Shown: piece after piece, positions 49,301 to 61,300 of the stretch | How positions within the stretch are numbered: the stretch's first letter is position 1 | Layout: each line of letters begins with the position of its first letter | Made by a program: the position numbers and the translations under genes | Notes under the pieces: model-generated | The model's database searches: none | What the model was told of the DNA's origin: nothing | The model's input: the letters and a program-made list of their open reading frames with translations, nothing else | DNA from: Callorhinchus milii | Taxonomy: Eukaryota | DNA length: 64,000 nt | Direction of reading: 5' to 3' | Assembly: GCF_018977255.1 (NCBI RefSeq) | Contig: NW_024704743.1 | Span: 28,770,001-28,834,000, forward strand

Positions 49301-52300
49301 GATCAATGACCGTTGTCCTGAAGAGTGAGGTGCCCAGGTTACTGAAGCAGACAGCCTATCTCTTAACATAGATAATGAAAGAGACTGTGAAAATGTGCCC
49401 GCAATTGCGAGGTGGCTGGATTACCGAGGTGACCGCAAACCGGGTTTCTATTGCATACCACTACCTACCTTTCTGAAAGACACGGACCTCTGTTTTCCCA
49501 AACAGCGATTTAGCTTTCTCATAGTCATTTATTACAACATCATAATCACCCTAGAGAAAAAAAACACATAAAAGTTACCAGTCTGTACAAAGGTTAAAAC
49601 ACTGAATGGTGATGTTGCATTTTCGGTCACAAAATAAGTTTATTCAGAATTTACCTTCTGAATGTTCCTTTCAATATTCAGTGGCAGATTAAAGAGAAAT
49701 TTGAAACGCTGAAGAACATTGAGGGCATTTCTTGTGGAATCAGCTTTGTCTTTGCGTCCCAAGACTTCTTGGAACAGTGCGTCTGCTGTGTTACTTGCCC
49801 CTAGAAAGAAGAAAAAGCAACACGTTTTAAAAGGCTTTTGGAAACATATGTCCTCTGAATCGGCACTGCAATCTGGAAGACTACAACAACAATGCTTTGA
49901 AATGCCGAACAAATGGGCATCTTTCAACACACAAAAATAATGCTTCAGGGTGACTGGAAATTCTACAAGTACATTTGAGACGTTTTATTAATAAAATCAA
50001 AGGAGTTTAATTGTACAAACCTTTAAGTGCTGACTTACAGCCAGAGGGAAGGAAAAATAACATTTAGGCAGTTTTTTGTAAATCCTAAGATTGGTCAAGT
50101 ACAAAACTCATGCTCATTTATCTTTCTGAAATTGGCGTATAAATCACAAATTTGAGTCTCACCCAAATTCACAAAGCAGACAATAATGGTCTTTGATGTG
50201 TATCCACATGTTAAGATCAATCAGCTCAATTCAAAATTAAGTTCTATGTCCTGATCCTATGGCCTGTGCTGAGAGTTTTTGTCTCTTGGAATTATAAACC
50301 ATAGAAGGAGGCCATTTGTCTCATTGTGCCTGTGCCGGCTCTTTGAAAAGAGCTATCCAAATCAATCCCACTTCCCCGCTCTCTCCCCTTAGCCCTGCAA
50401 ACTTGTCCTCCCCAAATAATTATCCATTCTCTCTTAAAAGTTGTTATCGAATTGGCTTCCACCACCCTTTCAGGCAATGTATTCCAGATCCGAACAACTC
50501 ATCCTGAAGGATTGAAACTTTAAGGATGCTTTGATCAAGCCCCTTATTTTGGCTTGAGTTCACCCACAAAAACACAGTTACTTCACTTTATAGTATATCC
50601 CGTGTAGCGCTTTAAGACAATACAATATAAATTTATATTTGTATAGCACCTTTCATGTTGTGAGTATGTCTCAAGATACTTAACAATACATCTATTTTAT
50701 ACAAAATAATAATTTGGTCACTCAATCCACAACCGGCTGCCGCATTTTCCCCACAAAATATACAGTTGATTCACTTTACAGGATATTCTGTGATGAGCTT
50801 TGAAACGTGATAAGGCGCTATATCAAATGCAAGGGTTATTATTATTATTATATTCTTTTATAAAAGTCTTACAAATGATTTTTGATGATTTGTTAGTATT
50901 AAGTCTAATTTATATTCCGTTTTGAAGGGGTGAGGGGAAGGGAATCGTGGCTAATATAGATGTGTGGAACATTTTCAGAAACGGTTTGTATTATCTGGTC
51001 TGGTGACTTTACTTTAAGCAAAGATGAGGGGTTGAGGGGGGATGAGGGGAAACAGAAAATCCCATCGATCACACTGGCTGGCCTGCATGCCACGTTCAGC
51101 ACTCAGCTCCCTGGGTGGGCCGTTGGAAATGAAGTGTAGTTGAAATACCCAAACTCAGTTTAACTGTAATGTCCACCCAGATTCAAGTTTTTTTTATAAT
51201 GTACCAGTGTAATCACTCAAAAATAACATTTTAAAAAAAACTTTATTGAAACTATATATATATATATATAATAAAATGAAGGGAAAAGCAACTCTTTTAT
51301 TTTATTTGACTGCAATATTATCCACTTTAAAACAATCCATCTCGTTTACCGGGTTTATTTACTTAAGTTAAAGGAAAAGGTACTTGTTTATTTACTGTAC
51401 ATTATCAGGATTCATTTCCTTTCCAGCAAATTGCAAGAATGTTGAGAGTGAAATGTCAAATGTTAAGTACAGTACTCCTATTTCATTGATAAAACAGAAA
51501 ACAATTGACCAATCACCTCCTATTTAATGGTCCCGAATTCTGTTTTCAAGTATGTTTCATTCATCTGAAAGTGAGCAATCTGAAACAAACTCCACACAAT
51601 AATTTGTGTTTTTCATAAATTAAACAAATTTACATTTATATAAACGTCTTTCAAATTGGGATCACGTCAACAGGTGTTGGACAGTTTTAGCTTTGCACCC
51701 AGGCTGTGGGGAGGCTGAGAGGAGGAAGATGCATGAAAGCATGGTCAAACAGGAAGATCTGGACGAGGACAACTTTCTCCAACTAAGAAAGCAAGACCAA
51801 GACCCTCCTCATTGACTCGTGCCAGCCCCTCCGCACCTCGAGCGCTGGCAGTATCAGCCTCCACAGCTGCACGCTCACCTTCACGAAGCCAGTCAGGAAC
51901 CTGGGTGTCTTGTTTGACCCTGAACTGTCCTTTCTACCCCACATCTGCGCCATGACCGGCACTGCCTACCACCAGCTCCGCAACATTGCCAGACTCCGCC
52001 ACTGCCTCACCCCTCAGGCTGCCGAAACCCTCACCCACGCATTCGTCACCTCAAGGATCGATTATGGAAACTCCCTCCTCATCGACTTTCCGAACTCTTC
52101 CCTTCACAAGCTGCAGATCATCCAAAACTCTGCAGCTCGTGTACTCTCGCACACCAGGCTCCGTGACCCCATCACTCCCACCCTTGGCCAACTCCACTGG
52201 TTCCCCATCCCTCAAAGGATCAAATTCAAGATCCTCGTCCTCACTTTCAAGACCATCCATTGCCTTGCCATCTCCTACCTCTCTGACCTGCTGACTCCCT

Positions 52301-55300
52301 ACCAACCTGCCCCCTCCCTCCGTTCAGCGGGCTCCGGCCTGCTCCATGTCTCCGCCCAACCCACCCTACCATTGGTGGCCGGGCTTTTAGCCTCTCTGAC
52401 CCCACACTCTGGAACTCCATCCCACAGTCCCTTCGCCTCACTTCCTCCCTTGTCTCCCCTCAAGGCTGGTCTCAAGACCCTCCTCTTCGATCATGCCTTC
52501 AGTCGCCGTTCCACCTCTTTGCCTTCCCTCACCCCTACCCCACCCCTCCCCCATGCTCGGGTCCTGACCTATGACTATCCAGCGCCTTGGGTATTCCTCC
52601 CGATGTGAAAGACTCTCTATAAATTAAATTTTGTTGTTGTTGTTGTTGTTGTCTGGAGGCGGACCTTGAAGGTCGTGAGGGAAGGGATGAGTTGAAGGGA
52701 CTTCAGGATGGAGTTCCAGAGAGTGGGGCAGAAAGGTTGGAATCCCGACCACCAATGGTGGGGGGAGGATGTGAAGTAGGCTAGTGCCTGCTGAACTGAG
52801 CGGAGAGAGTGGCTGGATTTGTAGATTTTGAGGAGGTCACCGAGGTGGTGCAAGACCATTGGAGGATTTAAAGGTTAGGATAAGGATCTTGAAGTCAATC
52901 TAGTCAATCTGCTGAGGGAGGGGGAACCGTGGAACCAAGCAAAGATAATAATAATTCCTGCATTTGATATAGTGCCTTATTACATCATTGACATGTCTCA
53001 AAGCGCTTCACAGGATATACTGTAAAGGGAATTAACTGTGTATTTTGTGGATGAAATGCGGCAGTCAGTTTTTGCCACAGCAACAAACCACAAACAGCCA
53101 TGGCACGAGTGACCAATTTTATTTGAAGGAATTGTTGGCCAGAACACCAGGATAACTCCCCTTCCATTTTTGAATAGTGCCATAGGATCTTTAACGTCCA
53201 CCTGAACAGGCAGACTGGACCTCAGTTTAACATCTCATTTGAAGGACGGCACCTCCAACAATGAAACACACCCCCAGTAGTTCATTGGAGTGTGAGCTTA
53301 GACTATGTGATTCCAAGTCCTGATGTGGGTTTGAACACACAATTTTCTGACTCAGAGGCGAGAGTGCACCAGAATAGTGCACTGCACCAGGCTGACACAC
53401 ATGGGGGCGATAACAACAACTTGCATTTATATAGTGCCCTTCACGCAGGGTAGCGTCCCGAGGCAATAGGCTTACAGAGCTTAGGGCAAGAAAGGACATG
53501 AGTTGCAACGTTCTGTATCATCTGCAGCTTGTGAAGGGAAGAAGCAGAAGTATGGTGAGCAGAAAGTTGGTGTAATCAAGCCTAGATAGGTTGGAAAAAT
53601 ATGGATAAGGGACTCAGCGGCTCGAGGGGCTAGGCAGTGGCGGAAATTGGCAATATTATGGAGGTGGGGAAAAGCTGGAAGGTTCAGACCACGAATGTGG
53701 GTTTAAACAGACATTTAAGAGTCAAATAAAATATTGAGGTTCCACACAGGCTCAGTATGCAGTGAAGTAGTTCGATCCTGTGAGGACCTGCTTTGGGAAG
53801 ATGCCGATGGGAGCCAAGTATGAGATCCTCTGTCCAGTTGACATTCAACTAGAGAAAGTTAGCTCTCATCCTGGACTCGATGTACAATAGACAAACAGTC
53901 AGGACACCAGTGGTCCTGGAATCGAGGGTGGAGGAAGAAAGATGGAGTTGGATGTCATCCACAAACATGTGAAACTATATTAAAATAAGCCAATTTTGGC
54001 TTCACACAAAACCACATACTTTTCATAAACAATCAATATCAACAGCAGGGCAATCAAAATCAGAAAGAGAAAACTAGGATGTGTCTCTTTACATTGATTG
54101 GCAATGAATTATCAGCATTTTATTTCATATTTTATTGCAGTTTTATTTTGGCTCATATTTTTCAAACTCAAATCCAGCAATAATAAAAGTCTTTCATTTG
54201 ATATAGTGCGTTTCACGTCTGGTCTTAAAGCGCTTCACAGAGTTTACTGTAAAGTGAAGTGACTGTTCATGTTGTGGGCGAACGCAGCAGCCAATTTTGC
54301 ATATAGCAATGACCCACGAACAGCCATGGAGTAAATGACCAAATTTATTTGGGGGAATGCTGACCAGGACCCCAGGAAAAAATTTCTTCTCTTTCCGAAT
54401 AGTGTCATGAAACCGTCATTGTGAACAGTCAGATGAGACCTCGGTTTGCCTTCTCGTCTGAAGGACAGTACCTCCAACAATGCAGCACGCCCCCATACTG
54501 CATTGAGTGCCAGTGTAGACTATATCAGTTCCAATTCCCAACGTGAAGCTTGAACTCACAACATTCTGACTCCAGAGGCGAGCGAGCAAATAACTGAGCC
54601 AGGCTGAGACGCAACTTTTTTAAAAAAAAGTTTAACAAAGTTGCACGTACCGCCACTTTCATTTTTCTACACAAAATGTGTTGACAGTAAACTAGGCCCA
54701 TTAATGGGGCAATTCGTTTTTAGAGCGCCACCAGTGTTTGGTGGCTCTAAACTTTTGTTTGAATTTTTAAACGGTTATTTGATCATTCCTTTACATTTTT
54801 TGAACAAGAAGTCAACCTATGTCAGCATCTTTAACGTTTCATCTACAGATCGAAACGTGTATCAAATTTCTCATAACATCACAAATGTTAAAAGCAAATA
54901 CATTCTCTGGTTTCTACAAGCACAGATGAGCAAGATACAAGCTTAACTTCATCTCTAGTGCTGTAAATTCTTTCCAGAAGCCAGACCATCAAGTTCACAT
55001 TAAACATTGATGTTAAAAAGCACGTTTTAATATACTAAAAGGGAACTGACGTCACTAGCAAGATAAACAGACTTTTGAAGTTCCTGTCCACAAGTGCACG
55101 CAACATTGGGCAGAGCCAACTAAATTACACATCAACAACTCTGCTACATTATGTTTTAAAACAAGGGCAGTGACATGCCAAACATATAAGTTAAGCATGC
55201 ATTACGAAGAAACAAACGCTATCTATAAAGAAAATAGATGTAAGGCAACAAGCGTAGATTATAGGATCAAAAGGTAACTTTCCAAATTCCAGGATTACAG

Positions 55301-58300
55301 GTCACTGTCTACATACAAGACAAATGTTTAAGAAGAGATTCATTAAACTGAAATAACAATTTCTACATATAGGCATGAATTGTGAAGCACAACTTACTGT
55401 TAAGTACATTCTCCAGTTTCTGCGTCATTGACCCTTCTACTTTTTCCGTCCCATCCACTTCCAATTTTTGATGGATTGCTGGAATAAAATGTGGAGATAA
55501 CTGAATGCACAGTGATTTATGTGTAGGGGAAAAAAGTACAGCTTTAAACACCACATTATTTTTGTTTCACAACCACTTTGCATTACTTCATTGCTTCTGG
55601 TTTCTGGAGCAAATACAAAAATAACTTCCAATTTCCTTATGAAAACTGTGATCTTAATGGTGTAAAATTCTCGATTAACTGCAAAATCACATCAGGCATT
55701 GCAAAAATCATCTGCTTAGATTTTATGACTATAAAAAAAATCAATCTAAAGCACAACCATGTCACTTAGTGATGTCTGAACTGCAATGCTAAATGCAATG
55801 GAGTAAACTAACATAAAAAAAGTTGTAATGAAAAAAATCTTAAAAACAGGTGATGGTGATAATAATAATAAGAGCAGATTCAGAATGATCACAGTCCTGA
55901 ATATTTTATCTACCACTTCAGGTTCACAAAGAGTTTTAACAAATACAATGTTTCCTGGATATGTACGACTCGGTTTTCATTTGTGAATTTTGAATGAATT
56001 TCATCTGATAAAGTAACATATTTGCCACACTTCACAATTTCCAGAAGTGTCTCAAGATTTGATTCTATGTGCCTCTTTCAGCAAGTTGTGCTGATAGTAG
56101 CAGGTGTGGTAGTGTGATAGTACCAGTGTTGTCAATAGGGACGGGGTAAGATTTTGAAGGGATCAAAGGTCAGGAGGTCCTTCAGATTTATAGAGCGCAT
56201 TTCACGTCGGGAGGACGTCCCAAAGAGCTGAACAGTCAGGTGTCGGGGCCCGAGCATGGGGGAGGGATGGTGTAGCGGTGAGGGAAGACAGAGAGGTGGG
56301 AGGGAGACCAAAGGCATGATTGAAGAGAAGGGTCTTGAGACCGGCCTTAAAGGGAGGAAGTGAGGCGAAGGGATTGTGGGATGGAGTTCCAGAGTGTGGG
56401 GGCAGAGAGGCTGAAAGCCCGGCCACCGAATGTAGGGCGGGTCAGGTGGGAGACATGGAGCAGGCCGGAGTCCGCTGAACGGAGGGAGGGGCAGGTTGGT
56501 AGGGAGTCAGCAGGTCAGAGAGGTAGGAGGGGGCAAGGCCATGGATGGCCTTGAAAGTGAGGACGAGGATCTTGAATTCGATCCTCTGAGGGATGGGGAG
56601 CCAGTGGAGTCGGGCGAGGGTGGGGGTGACGAGGTCATGGAGCCTGGTGCATGAGAGTACACGAGCTGCAGAGTTTTGGATGATCTGCAACTTGTGAAGG
56701 GAAGAGTTGGGAAGGCCGATGAGGAGGGACTTTCCGTATTCGAGCCTTGAATGCGTGGGTGAGGGTTTTGGCAGCCTGAGGGGTGAGGCAGTGGTAGAGT
56801 TTAACAATGCTGCGGAGGTGGTGGTAGGCAGTGCCGGTCATGGCGCGGATGTGGGGGAGAAAGGACAGTTCAGGGTCAAACAAGATACCCAGGTTCCTGA
56901 CTGGCTTAGTGAGGGTAAGGATGTTAAAGTCCAGAGTCCTGGGAGGTATTCAAGCAGACGAAGATGAGAGCGATGGATGCACAGAACGGTGTGGAAAAAA
57001 TACAAGTGGTATAATTTTGGTTTAGATGTGGCTTGTGGATTTTCTGGAGAATTTCTATGAAAATTATCTTGGTTACGTTCGCTAATATGCTTAATATTCC
57101 AAAACGGCAATTCTGAGGAAAATACAGAATTATATTCTCTTTTTCTCTGTGGTTTCCTCCACTATTTCTCAATAAAGTTGTTGAACTCACAGTAACCAGC
57201 CATTAATAACACTTGATCACTGGCTTTTCTCCATAGTGTGGAAGTGTAATGTCCATCATTGCCAAAACTGCACACTTCGTATTTGCTAAGAAAACTTCAG
57301 CACATAACATGGCAATTCACAAATCAGCAGCAAGACTTTCAATTTCACTTTGGAACCATTGAACCCTAAACATAATTTTTTTTCATCTGCATTTAAGTGT
57401 TGCCTCCCTCATCGTTCAGATCTCTCAGCATCATTCCCTGTCTGAAGCAGGGAGTAGGATGGGCCTTTGTTCAGGTACTGGTCAGTGCCATTCTGGAGCT
57501 AGCTTCTCTGAGATAATAATAATAATGGTAACTAACTTTCTGATTTCCTCTCTACGCCTTTGGGGCAAGTGTTAAGCCTCCACTCTGCACCAGCTCAACA
57601 AGGGCACAAAAGGAATCACGGTTTGGGAGAATCAAAGTCCCAGTGACCTGGGGTCTAAAACATGCTAACACACACCGCAAGGGTTCCCTGTGAATAATGC
57701 CTACTTTGATGTGGTAAAGGACCATAATGAGCCACAATCTGTGTATAAAAAACTTCCAAGCCTTGATAAAGATTGTAAATTTGCAATAGTTTCTACCAAA
57801 TATTCACTCACAGAAAGGATTTTGTAACACAGGTATTATCTACTCCAGGTAATTTTGCAGGAGGCCAACAGGAAAATGAGTCTGTATAAAAGTATATCAT
57901 TATTCCAGATAGATATTTTAAAGGGGTTCAAGAGGGGACTGTATTTCATACATTGTATATATAAAATATACAATGAGAGTTTACAGAACATTTACAACAA
58001 ACTTCATTTCACTATATATATATATACATATATTATATTTGCCAGTAATTAAATCCAGGTTATTTCTCAATAAATCTGCAACAATATCACAATTATTAAT
58101 TTTTAATGGCCCGTATGAATCAAGGAGAGAAAGTGAATTTACTGTCTGCAGAATAAAACCTCACAAGAAATAGAAATTGTAAATGTAACAGTTTCTTATA
58201 TCGGCGAGTCATTTCAAGGCTGTAATCCAATTACAAAGGATGGTTATAAAATAGTCAAGTTTCAGTCATGCTTTAGGATGGCATTTGAGCCTTAATTACA

Positions 58301-61300
58301 TCAATGTTATGGAATCATTCCCAAGTATCCCTTTTTTGTATTTTGCAAACTAAAGACATTCCTATGATGCCTTTGTGCAGGTGCAATACAGCAAGCTAGC
58401 TTCTGTTAACACAGTCCGTAGGATGGGTCTGAGAATAGAAGTGGAACCCACTGACCCAGTGGAAAACCTGAATATTTTGTGTTTTGGAACAACATAAAAT
58501 AATGGAAAACTTTATTAAGTATGTGGCCAGCTGCACTTTGGGTTCTGCTGGAGACCAAGCAATCCTCAGCATCCTGAAAATACCATGCAGAGTGGCATTG
58601 AAAGAGTTTGAAAATAATGGGATACTCCTTTTGCTCTACGACTTTGTGCAGTGAGGAAAGAAGGAGATGTTCAAAGAGGAATGCATTAAGATAGAAGTTC
58701 ACATTTCACCAAATTTATCCTCTCCGATGTGAAAGGCCCCATACAAATGTAATTTGTTGGGAATCTGCAAAGTGACCCACTAACTCCCCAATTTCCTCTT
58801 CACTACATTAAAAAAGTGAACGTAACTTTCTGAAACACATGATTACGGCTTCAATGAATAGTGCCATCAGGACTTCTTTGCTGAAAAGAGCATTTGCTCA
58901 TTACAGTTGTTGAAAAGCAAGCCAGAATTTGCAAGTTTTCCTTTTTCAGACTTAGACAAAGAGAGTTTTGGTAATGATGACAAGGCTACTTTTCGATGAA
59001 AGCAGAGAATATCTCCAGAGGAGAAGCCACAGCCTTTTTACCTGCCTCTCTCTAGTTTTATGGTTCACAGAAAGAACCCGTGGAGACCCGGTACATTGCG
59101 ATTCTTGAAATAAATCAGCCTGGAAGCTGATGAAACAAAATTTCTAAACCGTTAGATTATTCTATCTAAGTGTAAAGTCAAGGAAAGTTGATTAAAGTCA
59201 GAAGAGCACATAGCCATTTTAAAAAAACTAAACATTACTGCAGGATTTTCACGCCAGAGTGAAGTTATGAGGTCTATGTCTTGGCAATTTCAAACGCAAA
59301 TTCTTAATAAGAATCCAGAAATTTGTCATTCCGACACATGGGAACTCCTTCGACAGATTTACTGAGTTCCCGCAGTCAGTATGAAGTACTTCTGATTGCC
59401 AACAAGAAACCCTATTGGATTCCTTAATTAAGTTTAGACCTCATTAACACACACTTTTATATTGCAACCATCAGTTTCTGTTCCACAATCTGCTCTATAC
59501 AGTACAATGATATATCACTGATATTAGCAAAAAGTACTTTTTTTAAAAAACAAAGTCCAGCTAGATTTCTCATCCAAGAACAGCAGGTCGCTGTTAGGTG
59601 ACCCTGGCTCCTCTCTATGTATAAAGCCTGGCTGTGCTGATGGAAACTCACTTCCTTTTGAACACTGGCCTGCAAAAAAACACCACCTAATGTATGTTAC
59701 AACACTGACAAGCTGTCAAGCAAATTGATTGACAGAAGGATGCAACACGCTGGGCTACGTTGTTTTATTCTCCCAGGGACAAAACCCAATACCCCTCATG
59801 CCGACCTACTCAACCCTCCCATTTTAGTTACAGGCTGCACTCATTTCTAATTTTTGATAATGAGCACCTTTAGCCTTTGAATTTTCAAAGCCTGTTGCTT
59901 TATTTAATTAACGTGAAACTAATATATACATTTAAATTTACTTCACAACGATGAGAACAAATTCTATTAGAATTTTAGGAGCGTTTAATATTTTCCTAAT
60001 TGATTTGCACAGCAACTTTTGACACATCCAGGCAGTGCTGCTACCAGAATCCTCAGGAAGTGTCAAACCTGTAGAAGTTCATGCCTGGAAGATGTACCAA
60101 AGTTGCAGTCTTATGTCAAATTCTTTCAAAACCTGAGCACAAAGTGATGCTTTATTATTGAATTAAATTCAGTTTCCATTAGGTGCAATGCCTGCTCTAT
60201 ACTCCGGCAAGAGGAGGTGGTCTGAAACTATTCATCAGGAAATCTTGTGGTCTAATAGTTCAATATTCACTGGAAATTCTACAGCTGACCAAACTGGGTA
60301 CAGCACAATCTCCTCTGCCATTTATCCTGGCAGCCTGTTTATTTTGGCTCCAGTGACAGCTGTAAGGTTTCCAGAAATCTTAGGTTTCTGTGTCTCGCAG
60401 TGGGCGAAGGTGAAGTTGTCATTCTCATGAACTGCTCTGCTTTAAAGCTGTGATAATTTTTTGTGAAGGGGGAAAAAAAAAATCAGAATGCCTCCCTGGT
60501 AGAATCATCCCAAATTATTCTATAATGTCACAACAATAACAACTTGCATTTATATAATTCCCCTCACACAGGATAGCATCTCAGAGTGCTTAAGTCCCAG
60601 ATGCACCTCACAGTAAAGACAAAGAAGAAATTTTAAAAGGAAAAATACTTGCCTTTGACTAACTGAATAATAGTTTTACACAAGCTAGACTGTCTGCACT
60701 AATGAATTAAAAATCCTTACTGGAGGAGGACTGAACCAATACTTGGAAAATTAATTTAAAAGCAGCTTATTTGTAGAAAAGTTACACTTAAAACCATTAA
60801 TGCACTAAAAGAAAGTGCTCTTGATCACAAATGTGTATTTCTATTGAATCAGTGGTAAAATAATATGAAATACGGCCAATCACCCCCAGCTTTCCTAATT
60901 TTTTAACCCCAAGGTGCTCTCAAGAGTACAGGTTTGAGAAACCTTTTGGAATAGTTTCCTAACCCCCTACCAACCTGCCCGTTCCCTCTACTCAGCCGGA
61001 TCTGGCCTGCTCCACGTCCCCCGACTCACCCGCCTCACCATTGGCGGGAGAGCCTTCAGCCACTCTGCCCCAGCCTCTGGAATTCCATCCCCCAGTCACT
61101 CCGCCTCGCCCCCTCCTTAGCCTCCTTCAAGTCCCGCCTCAAGACCCTCCTCGTCGACCATGCCATCGGCCACCCCCCTTCCCCTCCCTTCCCTTACGGC
61201 CCCCAACCCCAGCTCAGGTCTGAAATGCTGTACTCTGTCCAGCCTTGGGACGTCCTCCCTACATGAAAGCGGCTACAGAAATGTAATCTTGTTGTTGTTG

